Shown: positions 13,445 through 27,450 of the stretch, one piece after another
How the letters are laid out: the number at the start of each line of letters is the position of its first letter
Position numbering within the stretch: the stretch's first letter is position 1
Origin: Squalus acanthias
Lineage: Eukaryota
Direction: 5' to 3'
NCBI GenBank assembly: GCA_030390025.1
Contig: CM059432.1
Coordinates: 10,850,001 to 10,914,000, forward strand
DNA: 64,000 bases
The notes under the pieces: model-generated
Told to the model about the DNA's origin: nothing
The model's database searches: none
What the model saw: only the letters and a program-made list of their open reading frames with translations
Made by a program: the position numbers and the translations under genes

Positions 13445-14948
13445 ATCGTGCTGAAGACTTGTGCTCCAGAACTAGCCGCGCCTCTAGCCAAGCTGTTCCA
13501 GTACAGCTACAACACTGGCATCTATCCGACAATGTGGAAAACTGCCCAGCTATGTCCTGTCTACAAAAAACAGGACAAGTCCAATCCGGCCAATTACCGC
13601 CCCATCAGTCTACTCTCAATCATCAGCAAAGTGATGGAAGGTGTCATCGACAGTGCTATCAAGCTGCACTTACTCACCAATAACCTGCTCACTGATGCTG
13701 AGTTTGGGTTCTGCCAAGACCACTCAGCTCCCGACCTCATTACAGCCTTGGTCCAAACATGGACAAAGGAGCTGAATTCCAGAGGTGAGGTGAGAGTGAC
13801 TGCCCTTGACATCAAGGCAGCACCAAGGAGCCCTAGTAATACAGAAGTCAATGGGAATCAGGGGGAAAACGCTCCACTGGCTGGAGTCATACCTAGCACA
13901 AAGGAAGATGGTTGTGGTGGCTGAAGGTCAATCATCACAGCCCCAGGACATTGCGGCAGGAGTTCCTCAGGGCAGTGTCCTAGGCCCAACCATCTTCAGC
14001 TGCTTCATCAATGACCTTCCCTCCAACATAAGGTCAGAAATGGGGATGTTCGCTGATGACTGCACAGTGTTCAGCACCATTCACAACTCCTCAGATAATG
14101 AAGCAGTCCATGCCCGCATGCAACAAGACCTAGATGAAGTTCAGGCTTGGGCTGATAAGTGGCAGGTAACATTCGCGCCACAGAAGTGCTAGGCAATGAC
14201 TATCTCCAACAAGCGAGAGTCTAACCACCTCCCCATGACATTCAACAGCATTACCATCGCCGAATCCCCCACCATCAACATCCTGGGGGGTCACCATTGA
14301 CCAGAAACTTAACTGGACCAGCCACATAAATACTGTGGCAACAAGAGCAGGTCAGAGGCTCGATATCCTGCGGTGAGTGTCTCACCTCCTGACTCCCCAA
14401 AGCCTTTCCACCATCTACAAGGCACAAGTAAGGAGTGTGATGGAATACTCTCCACTTGCCTGGATGAGTGCAGCTCCAACAACACTCAAGAAGCTCGACA
14501 CCATCCAGGACAAAGCAGCCCGTTTGATTGGCACCCCATCCACCACCTTAAACATTCACTCCCTCCACCACCGGCGTACCGTGGCTGCAGTGTGTACCAT
14601 CTACAAGATGCACTGCAGCAACTCGCCAAGGCTTCTTCGGCAGTACCTCCCAAATCCACGACCTCTTCCACCTAGAAGGACAAGGGCAGCAGGCGCATGG
14701 GAACACCACCACCTCCAAGCCATACACCATCCTGACTTAGAAGTATATCGTCGGTCCTTCATCGTCGCTGGGTCAAAATCCTGGAACTCCCTAACTAACA
14801 GCACTGTGGGAGTACCTTCACCACACAGACTGCAGCGGTTCAAGGCGGCGGCTCACCACCACCTTCTCAAGGGCAACTAGGGATGGGCAATAAATGCTGG
14901 CTTTGCCAGCGACGCCCAGATCGCACAAGCGAATAAATTAAAAAAAAA
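13445..14948 (+). mobile_element. CR1-clade LINE, second family, 3' 1.5 kb
   Basis: NYRPISLLS, GVPQGSVLGP and FADD RT motifs with frameshifts; distinct 3' end; A-rich tail. Confidence 0.88.
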
Positions 14949-15699
14949 CATGTATGGTCCTTTCTCGGTACACTTCTCTCTCCTATCTCACTGGCATAGT
15001 TTTCTTTCTGTATGTGTCATATTTGTATTATTTACCCTGGTAGTCTGTGCCTGATGTCTGCTTTTCTGAAACTGTATTTGTGTTGTATAGATTTTTACAC
15101 ATCCGATTCTTTCCCTCAATGTATTGTGTTTTGTCCCTTTTCTGAAATGAATGAAAGGAATTCTCCCAGTGAAATGGAAGCACCACACAAAGATCCAGAC
15201 TGAGGATCCAAACACTTAGAGGCAGGTGCTCCAAAAGAAAAGGGCATCAAAGAAAAACAATGCCACGCATCTTCCCCGACGCCACTATATGTAGCCACAG
15301 CAAGAGGAGTTGCCAGTGGTCTCACTTGGGTAATCCAGCATCTTCCAGGGGTGGGGGCAGGACAGAGAATGTACTGGCTGATATTGATAAAGATCAAACA
15401 ATTCAGCTGCAAAGCAACATCCTTATTTCACCATGCACAACCTGACGGTGCAGATTGAGAAAGCAGGAACAGGCTGGAGAAGTCCAAGAAAAATGACCTA
15501 CCCGTCACAATCTATATCAGGGTGTTTATTGGAATGTATCCCACACATCTGACAAAGTTGACATCGACCAGAGTCGAACTACCTAACGTGACAAGCCCAG
15601 GCATATGGCTCTAGATTTAGATGTATTTTGTTTTTTGGACTGACCGCCTGGGGCATCACTCAGTTAGTGGGGAGTCTTTCCAGTACCCAAAACTGTCAG

Positions 15700-16590
15700 G
15701 GCAGTTCTGACAAAAGGTCATCAACTTTGTTTCTCTCCCCACAGATGCTGCCTGACCTGCTGAGTATTTCCAGCATTTTCTGTTTGTATTTCGGATTTCC
15801 AGCCTCCACATATTTTGCTTTTGTTTTGAATTATGGACCAGAGGAAAAGGAGAATCCAACAGATAAAAATCCTTCTCTTCCCCTCCCTCCCAGAACCACG
15901 ATAGAGTTCCCCTTGTCCTCACATTCCACCCCACCAGCCTCCACATTCAACAGATCATCCCCCGCCATTTCCTCCACCATGAAACACATCTTCCCCTGCC
16001 CCCGCACCCCCCCCCCCCCCCCCCCGCCGCCCTTTCAGCACAACATCCTGGGTTCAGTCTTCAATCACCCCCAACACCTCCTCCACTTGCCACGGCACCT
16101 TCCCGTTCAAGCGCAGGAGATGCAACACCTGCTCTTTTATCTCCTCCCTTCCCACCGTCCAGGGCCCCAAACACTTCATTCAGGTGAAACTTTGCAGCCT
16201 TCCGGACTCAACATTGAGTTCAGCAATTTTAGATCATAACCACTGCTCCCATTTTTCGGACAACAGCTGTTGGTAATGATTCCACTATTCCCATTTACAC
16301 CCCCTCTAGACCCATCTTTTGTTTCTTAACTTGTCCCATTACCATCCCCTTTTGCCTTGCACCAACATCCCTTTTGTCATTTTATCTCTCCTGCCTTTCA
16401 ACCTATCAGACCTTCCCTTTTGTTCTTTCCTCTCCTCCCTTCCCCTGCCTCTGTACTTGCTTAAAACCTATTACATCTCAAACTTTTTCCCGTTCTGATG
16501 AAAGGTCATCGATTTGAAATGTTAACTCTGTTTCTCTCTCCACAGATACTGCCTCATCGCCTGAGTATTCCCAGCATTTTCTGTTTTTAA
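15700..16590 (+). mobile_element. Degenerate Penelope-like element fragment with two terminal repeats
   Basis: Repeats at ~15705-15830 and ~16490-16590 (ctgatgaaaggtcatcgatttgaaatgttaac, a hammerhead relic); ORF remnants GTFPFKRRRCNTC and C-terminal PSGLNIEFSNFRS resemble the Penelope GIY-YIG end. Confidence 0.75.
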
Positions 16591-16911
16591 TATTAGATAA
16601 AACTTGATGCTAGTCATAATTATAGAACAGAATGGAGCATTGGAGGGAGGTTAGAGTTGACCAAGAAAAGTGAAGCAAAAACCTCAGCTGCCTCTTTTGT
16701 TAAAGCATTTTTATTAAAAGTGAAGTTGGCATTACTTTCATTACTCTGTTCTTTTTAACTACTGTGACTCACTGCGGAAAGTCCCTTCCATCATAACAGG
16801 TTTCAATCTTTAAATGAGAATCAAGTCACAGGAAGCAGGCTTTACGCAGAAATGAGAGTCTTCAGTGGCTTCATCTACCCCATTTTTAACCGCCCACTGC
16901 TCCAGGATCAT

Positions 16912-17438
16912 CCTAGGCCGATATTCTCGAGAGTTTAGAAGAATGAGAGGTGATCTCATTGAAACATACAACATTCTTACAGGACTTGACAGGGTAGATG
17001 CAGGGAGGATGTTTCCCCTGGCTGGGGAGTCCAGAACCAGGGGTCACAGTCTCAGAATAAGGGGTCGGCCATTTTGGACTGAGATGAGGTGAAATTTCTT
17101 CACTCAGAGGGTGGTGAATCTTTGGAATTCTCTACCCCAGAGGGCTGTGGAGGCTCAGTCGTTGAGTACATTCAAGACAGAGATCAATAGATTTTTGAAT
17201 ATTAAGGGAATCAAGGGATATGGGGATAGTGCAGGAAAGTGGAGATGAGGTAGAAGATCAGCCATGGCTCCGAAAGCTTGTGATTTCAAATAACGCTGTT
17301 GGACTATAACCTGGTGTTGTGCGACTTCTCACATTTGTCCACCCCAGTCCAACACCGGCATCTCCACATCATGGCTATTACTGAAAGGCTTGAGGGGCCG
17401 AATAGCCTATTTCTGCTCCTGTTTCTTATGTTCTTATG
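16912..17438 (+). mobile_element. CR1 3' fragment interrupted by a Penelope-like repeat
   Basis: RRMRGDLIETY..; 3' UTR split at 17267-17371. Confidence 0.88.
17267..17371 (+). mobile_element. Solo truncated Penelope-like terminal repeat; empty Tx1 target
   Basis: Contains the 52-mer (one substitution) running straight into GTGCGACTTCTCACA; inserted in a CR1 3' UTR; CATGGCT occurs at both ends. Confidence 0.8.
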
Positions 17439-17439
17439 C

Positions 17440-18502
17440 TGAAGGCCAAAGATAAACCTGGATTCTTTTTTCCACTACCAACCACCTCCTTAAATTACAC
17501 TCCCCGTCCCCTCCACTCTCACCTCAAGAATTTTTAGTCGTGCATAGACTTCTTTGTCCCCAAGATAAAATCTATCCATTCAGCTGCTTCTCCCGTTTCC
17601 CCCCTTTCCCACCTCCCCCAGACCCTCAACTCCCTTCTCTCTCTAGTTTCTGGCCCATCTCCCTCCGAGCTTATTGCATCCGAGATCCAACTCCTCCTTC
17701 CTTAACTCCATCCCCATTAAACTGATAGTGACCCAGTTTCTCTTCATTCTAGTTGCATTTAAAGGGCTTCCTCTCCTCAGGAACCAACCCCTTTCCTTTC
17801 AAAGCTGCTGTCATCGCTCCCCAGCTCAAAAAACCCACCCTTAACACCTTTGTCCTTGCCAACTATCATCCCATCTCCAACCTCCCCTTTCTCTCCAAAG
17901 AACCTGAATGTGTTGTCACATCCCAGATCCACGTCCATCTCTCCCAGAACTCGGTTTCAATCCCTTAATCAGGTTCACACCCCTCCCACAGCAGCAAAAC
18001 AGCCCTAACCAAACCTTCAAATGATATTCTCTGCGACCGCAATCATAGTGCATTATCTCTCCTTGTCCTCCTCAACTTCAGTTCAACCTTTGGCAAAGTC
18101 AACCACACCATCCTCCTCCAACACCTCTGCTTTGCTAAGACCACCCTTGCATGGTTCAACTCTTACCTATTTGCCGATAGCTAGATCATCGCTACCAATG
18201 GCTCCTCTTCCCACCCCAACACCGTCACCTCATGTCAGGGATCAATCCCTGCCACCCACCCCGCCCCCCTCCCCCCCCCCTCTCATCTACACCATTGTCC
18301 CTTGTCAACATCAGCAGCAGACACGGACTCATCTTCCATATGTACACGGATGACACCAACATCTACCTCTTCACCACCACTCTCAACCCCTCCTCTGTGC
18401 TGGCAGACTTCTTGCCCAACATGCAGTCTTGGCTGAGCTACAATTTCCTCTAGCTTAATACTGGGAAACCCAACACCATCATCTTCAACCCCTGCCACAA
18501 AC
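17440..18502 (+). mobile_element. Degenerate L2 LINE fragment
   Basis: NYHPISNLPFLSK and FHMYTDDT remnants. Confidence 0.75.
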
Positions 18503-20092
18503 GGGAGCATATCTTTTGCTTTGCACACCAGTGACTTGGCATCAGATAGGCAGATGTTAACAGAAATGCTTATCATTTGACTTCTTAAAAAATGTATATG
18601 AATTACCACATGTTTTTTGGAAGAACTGTAATGCTAGTGATTCTACTAGCAACGCCAATGATACCTCTACTGGTGCACCCAGCCTCAACAAGTCTAAAAA
18701 GGATACATAATTCTCAAGTTCATCAGAGGAAACTTTCATGCAGAATCTAACTCATGCTTCTATTTTGTATCTTGTCTCATCTTGTCTTTGTGTATTCACA
18801 CATCACATGCCTGACAATTGTGTGCAAGTTGCTGGGGTGCACTGGATGTCTGAAGGTGAATTATGGCTCATATCTGCATGCATTAAGGTTAGCAGTTTTA
18901 CTTGTGTGCCACGTGGACCCCGTTTAAGGAGAAGCATCGACTACCAGAGGAGGGGGCTGCGGACTCTCCACATACATTTGTACTGAAGATGCCAGTTTTG
19001 ATTGTTCCCTGTAAAACAGGCACCTTCTATTGTACACAAGGGACGCACTGACTCCCAATCTCGGTTTGGATATGAAGTGCTTGAGGTGCATTTATAGTCT
19101 ATTCGTAACTCAAACGGGAATTTTTACTTTCAATCCAAGTGCACAGCGCTCCGCAGACTGAAGAATGAAATGCCACTGAGCCCTACAAACAGCAACTGCT
19201 TAGCTTGCAAAATCCCAGCCAGCAAATTTTTTTTTTTTTAAATCTGCCGTTGGGATTTTACAAGATGAACTATTTCCATTTGCAGCACTCAGCTGGAGCT
19301 TTGTAATTCATTAGAATACAAAAGTATTCCCACATACATTACATAGTGCTGCAGATTCTTCCGTCCTTCTAATCAGTTCCCTCACATTTCCAATCCCTCA
19401 GACAAAAGAATTTAACTTTTTATAAAATCTTGTATTACGATCATTAAAAATCCTGTATATGGCATGCCCTTCCCATCCATAAACATTATTTTGTGTCGCA
19501 CTTTTTACGTCAACATTTATAATGGGAAACCATTTGCCAACATTTATAATGACAAAACCGTATATAAATGTTTTACCATTATGATCGCTTGATAAATTAA
19601 CTGAATTATTCAAATGAATAATATTTGTTCACCGTTTCTCAGCTCAGTAACTGAAATTTCTAATGTCCAAAATAAAGTTTTAAACAAAATAAAGGGAGCA
19701 TATTTCACAATAACACTACAGAAATTAACCACCGACTTGTCCTGTGTGTCTTTTAACACCTTCATGAATGTTTTTACTTCAAGGCCTCAGCCCAGCTCAA
19801 ATGTCAGAGCTTTGACTGGATAGGTTTACCTCAACAGTTAAACAGAGCTTTCAACCACATCTGTGCACTCTGAGCATGTGCAGTTTGCAAAATTTCCCAG
19901 CACTCAATCTGACCATTAGCATGACACGTAGAGTGCTGGGAGAATTTGAGAGCTCCTTTTGCTCTTTTTCCAAAAGGCTTTCAAACAACGTAGAGAGATT
20001 GAATTCTGCAAGACTTATTTCAGGCAAATCTAATATTTATCTAAATTTATTAACAGATGCTATTTTTCCATTACGAACTGCTCACAGACAGA

Positions 20093-22320
20093 CATACGAA
20101 TTAGGAGCAGGAGTAGGCCACTCGGACCTTCGAGCCTGCTCCACCATTCAATAAGATCATGGCTGATCTGATTACTCCACATTCCTACCTACCCGATAAC
20201 TTTTCACCCCCTTGCTTACCAAGAATCTATCTACATCTGCCTTAAAAATATTCAAAGACTCTGCTTCCACTGCCCTCTGAGGAAGAGAGTTCCAAAGACT
20301 TGCGACCCTCTGAGAAAAAATTTCTCCTCATCTCTGTCTTAAATGGGCGACCCCTTATTTTTAAACAGTGACCCCTAGTTCTAGATTCTCCCACAAGAGG
20401 AAACATCCTCTCCACATCCACCCTGCCCAGACCCCTCAGGATCTTATATGTTTCAATCAAGTCACCTCTTATTCTTCTAAACTCCACCGGATATAAGCCT
20501 CATAAGACAACACGCCCATTCCAGGTATTAGTCCAGTAAACATTCTCTGAACTGCTTCCAATGCATTTACATCCTTCCTTAAATAAGGAGACCAATACTG
20601 TACACAGTACTCCAGATGTGGTCTCACCAATGTCCTATATAACTGAAGCATAACCTCCCTACTTTTGCATTCAATTCCCCTTGCAATAAACGATAACATT
20701 CTATTAGCTTTCCTAATTACTTGCTGTACCTGCATAGTAACCTTTGGTGATTCATGCACTAGGACACCCAGATCCCTCTGCATCCTCTCACCATTTAGAT
20801 AATATGCTTCTTTTTTATTCTTCCTGCCAAAATGAACTTCACATTTTCCCATATTATACTCCATTTGCCAGATCTTTGCCCACTCACTTAACTTATCTAT
20901 ATCCCTTTGTAGCCTCCTGATGGCCTCTTCACAATTTACTTTCCTACCTATCTTTGTGTCATCAGCAAATTTAGCAACCATACCTTCAGTCCCTTCATCC
21001 AAGTCATTTATATAAATTGTAAAAAGTTGAGGCCCCAGCACTGACCCCTGTGTCACATCACTCGTTACATCTTGCCAATCAGAAAATGACCCATTTATGC
21101 CTACTCTCTGTTTCCTGTTAGCTAGCCAACCTTCTATCCATGCCAATATGTTACCCCCTACACCATGAGCTTTCATTTTCCGCAATAACCTTTGATGTGG
21201 CACCTTATCAAATGCCTTCTGGAAATCCAAGTACAGTACATCCACCTGTTCCCCTTTATCCACAGCACATGTTACTTCCTCAAAGAACTCCAATAAATTG
21301 GTTAAACATGATTTCCCTTGCACAAAACCATGTTGACTCTGCCTGATTACTATGAACTTTTCTAAATGCCCTGCTATAACGTCTTTAATAATAGCTTCTA
21401 ACATCTTCCCTATGACCGATGTTAAGCTAACTGGCCTGTAGTTTCCTGCTTTCTGTCTCCCTCCCTTTTTGAATGAAGGAGTTACATTCGCTATTTTCCA
21501 ATCTAATGGAACCTTCCCCGAATCTAGGGAATTTTGGAAAATTAAAACCAACGCATCAACTATCTCACTAGCCACTTCTTTTAAGACCCTAGGATGAAGT
21601 CCATCAGGACCCGGGGACTTGTCAGCCCGCAGCTCCAACAATTTGCTCAGTACCACTTCCCTGGTGATTATAATTTTCTTGAGTTCCTCCCTCCTTTCCA
21701 TTTCCTGATTTATAGCTATTTCTGGGATGTTACTTGTATCCTCTGTAGTGAAGACCGTTGCAAAATACCTGTTCAATTCAACTGCCATCTCCTTATTTTC
21801 CATTATTAATTCCCCAGACTCACTTTTTATAGGACCAACGCTCACTTTGTTCACTCTTTTTTAAATATCTATAGAAACTCTTACTATGTTTTTACATTTC
21901 TAGCTAGCTTTCTCTCGTACTCTTAATTTTTCTCACCTTATTAATCTTTTAGTCATTCTTTGCTGTTTTTTATATTCTGTCCAATCTTCTGACCTGCCAC
22001 CCATCTTTGCACAATTATATGCTTTTTCTTTAAGTTTACTATCTTTAACTTTTTTTTAGTTGACCACGGATGGTGGGTCCTCCCCTTGGAATTTTCTTTC
22101 TTGTTGGAATGTATATATTGTGTATTTTGAAATATCCCCTTAAATGTCTGCCACTGCAACTCTATTGACCTATCCCTTAACCTAATTTGCCAGTTCACTT
22201 TAGCTAGCTCTGCTTTCATGCCCTCATAATTGCCCTTATTTAAGTTTAAAATACTAGTCTTGGACCCACTCTTCTCATTCTCAAACTGAATGTAAAATTC
22301 AATCATATTATGATCGCTGC
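20093..22320 (-). mobile_element. CR1 LINE, 2.2-kb 3' portion with a 461-aa RT-containing ORF remnant
   Basis: KSPGPDG, NYRPVSLTS, YLDFQKAFD, QGSVLGP, FADD; CR1 3' UTR. Confidence 0.93.
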
Positions 22321-24034
22321 TGACCTACGAAGAAAAAGGAAAGGAAAGAACTTGCAACCTCAGGACACCCCAAAGTGCTTTGTAGTCAACGATTACAGTC
22401 TGTGATTAGAGCACATCAGGTTTCTTTGCTTTCTTTTGATAGTTAAAAAAGAAAACAAAGGCACAATTTACAAAGACTATATTTCTTTTTTTAGTCATAC
22501 ACCTGTATATTTGTGTTGAAGATTCAGTACAAAACATGATCGCTTCTGAACCACTTTGAGGCTTAAAGATTTGAAAATTATGCAAACGATGAACTTTGAA
22601 ACATTTTATGAGGCCATTTTTGTGTATGGAAATTGATGCTTATTAATGGTTGTACAAGTTAGCAAACTCACCAAGTGTACTGAAGGGTAAATTCTTAGTT
22701 TTTAAGTCAGGAAAATGCACACTTCCAGCTTGCAATTTTCCATCCATTCATTTTAAGCAGCAAAACAGTGCTTTAAGGCAGGAAAATAAAGACAAGAACC
22801 CTCTAACAATAGGAAAACGACATGAACACAAACGGGGCTATGAAAGGTTGGGGAGCACAGGCGGAGACATTCAGGAATGTAATGAGGAGTTGTGACCTCA
22901 GGCTATGAGTCCCATTCTCCTGGGCTGCCTCCCCCACAAGGCTGCTGGACCTTGCTTCCCCCACAGTACTGCAAGATCCCAATAACCCCCCATACTGCAA
23001 GATTGTGCCCACCCATGTTCCAAAAACCCCATCCCAGTCCTGAACCCAGGAGCTCCTTCCCCAGACTTCCCTCCCTATCTCCCAGCACCCCATCTCTGCT
23101 CACAACCCAGATTCCAGAACCAACCACAATGCTCATTGATCCTGAGACCACCCTCCACCATGCTCCCAAATCCAAGGATATGCCTCATCATTTCCAGAAT
23201 CTACCTTTCCAGTGTTCTTGTAATTCCCCTCTCCCCTCATTCAGACACTGGGACTTCCTTCTTAAAATACTGCTAGATTATTAGCCGCCACTCCAGTACT
23301 GGCAGACTCCAGGCCCCCATTACAGTGCTCCAAGATCCCATGACTTCCCCAATACTGATAAATCAGTGGCCATGGTAATGTTACTTCCCAAAACACACCT
23401 GGTTCTTATTTTCTCTTTTAGAACCTGTCTCACCATGAGATCTGCTAGTGTAGTTTAAAGGCTGCAGCATACATCAAAAGCCACTCATGGTTCACTCTAC
23501 CAGTTTAGGTATGAGAGCCCAATACATTACAACCTTGTAACCTATAGGTCTAACACACTCTTTCTGATACAACTACAAGGAACAGTTAGATAGATCACTG
23601 CCGACACAGTCAACAACTCCCCTGAGAATTTTGTCCCAAGATAATTAATCAGCAAGAAATAACATCATTTACTGGAAACAGCTAATATACTTTCACATTA
23701 CTTGCCTGCAGACAGCTGCAGAATTTACATAAAACCAACATGTTGCACAGCCGGTACTTTTTATTTTCATGTCCGTACATATCTGAATTCCTTTTGAGAA
23801 TGTAAACAATAACAGTGTTTAACCCTATGGACCTGCATGGTTGTATAAATTTAAAAAGGGAGTCTCACCTACATTATTCCTTTTTCTTCTGTGACTTCTG
23901 TTGGATAAATGTGTACACGTGCACCTAGGGGGGAGAATGCAATCCCCACAGTTGAACTGTCTGCTAACACTCACTAATTAGGCCAGTGACTCTCAAACTA
24001 TGGGGTCAGGCATATCCAGGTGAAAGAAAGGGCG

Positions 24035-24375
24035 AACTTGCATTTTATATCGCACCTCTCATGACCATAGGACATTCCCAAGGTGCTTCACAGCCAATTA
24101 AGTACAACTGAAGTGTAAACACTTGTAATGCAGACAACAGTGGCAGCCAATTGATGCACAGCAAGATCCCACAAACAGTAATGAGATAAATGGTTTTTGG
24201 CGGTGTTGGTTTAGGGATAAATGTTGGCCAGGACGCTGGGAGAACTCCCTTGCTCTTCTTCAAATAGTACCCTGGGATCTTTTACATCTACTTGAGGGGG
24301 CAGATCGGGCCTCGGCATAATGCGCACGTCTCTAGACTGAGGTTTAAACCTTTTAAGTCAGAGTCAAGAATGCTC
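24035..24375 (-). mobile_element. Degenerate SacSINE1-like SINE
   Basis: Diverged tail and core. Confidence 0.7.
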
Positions 24376-24519
24376 GACGAAAGAAGGATCGACTGGTAAT
24401 TACTAAATATCTTGCATCTTGTGTTGACTTTCTGGCAACTTTTGCAATTATAAATTCCAATCTCCACCCTTAAAATGCAAACTGCCTATGTAAACATGTC
24501 ACCACCCTGTAACCCTAGC

Positions 24520-24972
24520 GTCAGCTGTGGCTCAGTGGGTAGCTCTGAGTCAGAAGGTTGTGGGTTCAAGTCCAAGTCCCATTCCATATACTGTACTTGA
24601 GAAAAATCTAGGCCGACACTCCAGTGTACTGAGGGAATGTTGCACTGTCGGAAGTGCCGTCTTTCAGATGAGACGTTAAACCGAGGCCCCGTCTGCTCCC
24701 TCAGATGGACGTAAAAGATCTCATGGCACTACTTCGAAGAGGAGCAGGGGAGTTATCCCCGGTGTCCTGGCCAATACTCATCCCTCAATCAACATCACTA
24801 AAACAGATTATTCGGTCATTATCACATTGCTATTTGTGGGAGCATGCTGTGTGCAAATTGGCTGCTGTTTCCTACATTACAACAGTGACTACACTTCAAA
24901 AAGTACATCATATAATAAAGCGCTTTGGTGGTCGTGAAAGGCACTATATAAATGCAAGTCTGTCTTTTTTTT
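24520..24972 (+). mobile_element. SacSINE1-like SINE
   Basis: Same head, core and tail as 9700-10151. Confidence 0.85.
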
Positions 24973-25350
24973 GTAATTACACTCTTCTGTCACTGCAAGT
25001 ACGGCAGTGCCACCATTAGCAGGAAGATGCAATTATAGTGTGACAAGAAAACATTGGCAATTTCCATTATAAATTTGCACAGAATTTATAATGGAAAAGA
25101 AAAATAACGTAAAACTTTAAAATAGGACATCTCTGTGCCCCGGAGCAAGTATCCCCTGTCCGCTTCACCTGAAAACTATATTTAGTTTTGACTCTCCGTG
25201 TGTAACACCACGAGATCGACTGCTATTTAATATATATGTTGGCTTTATTGCTAATGTCACCAAGGTACCTGAAAAGGTAACATGTAACCCCGTCCACAGA
25301 TTAGGCCATGTGACATTTACAGAGCACAACATCTAAAACATTCTACTTAC

Positions 25351-25441
25351 AAGGGCTGACATCTCTGTATCTGTTTCGAATCCGGTTTTCTGGATATTTG
25401 GCTACTTCGTAGAGAAAGTCTTGAGATTCATTTCGAATTTC
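25351..25441 (-). CDS. PTPN2: PTPN2 coding exon 2 (91 bp)
   Basis: CAG acceptor and GTAAGT donor; translates [30 protein letters not shown]+T, with the PTP motif NRYRDV; EIRNES matches PTPN2 rather than PTPN1 (DIRHEAS). Confidence 0.95.
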
Positions 25442-25936
25442 CTGCCATCGAAAGTAAAAAAACAACTTTCATTAACATTTGCATACAATAATCAAGGTGT
25501 ACCACAATGCATCTTCTTTTTAAAGTGTACTTTTTTCATCCTGCAGCATTTATAAACACAGTTTTATACAAATTACAAACCTTTACAATTTCATGTAGGA
25601 AAGAACTTACATTGAACAAAAAGAATCTAGCTTCCTGAAAAGTTGATCATATTGGTTTTATTCTGTAAGATTCCAGATCACATGGCACTGTTTTAATGAC
25701 AGCGCCCATGACATCAAACAAACCAATTCAACCAGTTTGTATTAAGCTTCTGAATCAAACTAAGTAACATTCATCTTTATGCTATTTTAATTAAATTATC
25801 AAGAATCCAACCAAGAATGAAAAAGAACTTGCATTCATTGAATGCAAAATGTTTTTGGACATTTGAGATACAGGATAAGTGCCTTATTTCTCAGAAATGT
25901 CCCAAAGCACTTTACATCCAATGAATTACTTTTGAA

Positions 25937-26238
25937 ACTCACCAAAGCTTCTTCGACAGCACCTCCCAAACCCACGACCTCTACCGCCTAGAAGGACAAG
26001 GGCAGCAGGCGCATGGGAACTCCATCACCTGCAAGTACCCCTCCAAGTCACACACCATCCTTCATCGTCGCTGGGTCAAAATTCTGGAACTTCCTCCCTA
26101 ACAGCACTGTGGGAGTACCTTCACCTCACGGACCGCAGCGGTTCAAGGTGGCGGCTCACCACCACCTTCTCAAGGGCAAATGGCCAATAAATGCTGGCCT
26201 TGCCAGCGACACCCACATCCCACGAATGAATAGAAAAA
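25937..26238 (+). mobile_element. 3' end of second-family CR1, inside a degenerate SINE
   Basis: Matches 14625-14940. Confidence 0.8.
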
Positions 26239-26929
26239 ATTGCAGTCACTATTCTGTACATGAATATGGCAGCCATTTTATGCACAACAAAGTTCCACAA
26301 ACAGCAATGAGATGATAGACTAATCTGTTCTTGATGGTATAAGTTACAAAGTTAGTACAGGACCAGGCCCACTAATTTAAAACACTAATCCAATCTTGCG
26401 TTTTACTGAGGTCAATGTGTATGACCACAAAGCACACAGAAAATATCTACCTGGTAGGGTCTTCTGCAAATACTAAGCATTCCTTCTATATTTTAGGATT
26501 ACAAAGTAGCTTGATGTGCATGCTCAACGCATGAATCTATCATGTTGCAGATAGGTGATGTCACACATGCCCCACCTACTCCTGCATACTGTAACACCCC
26601 AGGACCGACACCATTGTGCCAATTCATTCTAAACTAAAAGCTAAACTGAAACCAAACAGCCATAACACTCTCCATATATTTCCTTGCTCAGTCTGTGGGA
26701 CTGGATACATCTAAATAGTCAAATAAAAGCAACATGAACCCTAACACAACTAGGTGTCAATGTGAACTGAACATCGACGATGCTTCAGAATGTGCTTGGC
26801 ATTTGCAGGATGCATATAATTTGAAAATTAAGGTATATGAATGAAGGATAGCCAGCAGTTTTCTTCATTCTACATCCTCCATTTGCCTTTGTTCTATATC
26901 CCTCGACACCTTACTCAACAAAAATCTGT

Positions 26930-27450
26930 TGGCCTCTTGAAAATTTCAATTGACCCAGCATCCACAGCAGTTTTTCTTTTGGGGGGGGGGGGAAGGGGGG
27001 GGCGCATCGGGAAGTTCCAGATCTCCACTACGCTGTGTGTGAAAAAGTATATCCTGATTTCACTCCTAAATGACCAAGCTCTAATTTTAAGATTATTCCC
27101 TCTTGTTCCAGATTACCCTACCAGAGGAAATGGCTTCTCTGTATGTACCCTATCGAATCCCTTTATCATTTTATACACCTCGATTAAATCACCCCTCAAA
27201 CTTCTAAACACAAGCCAAGTTTATGCAACCTGTCCTCATAATTTAACCTTTTACGACCTTGAATCATTCTGGTGAATCTGCGCTGTACCCCTTCCAAGGC
27301 AAATATAGCTTTCCTGAGGTTGGGTGCCCAAAACTGAACACAGTACTCCAGATGGGGTGTGACTAAGGCTCTATAAAACTAAAGCATCACTTCCAAACCC
27401 TTTGAGATAAAGACCAATATTCCATTTGCCTTTTTGATTACTTTTTGTGC
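26930..27450 (-). mobile_element. Degenerate CR1 3' fragment
   Basis: Homologous to 3150-3640. Confidence 0.7.
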
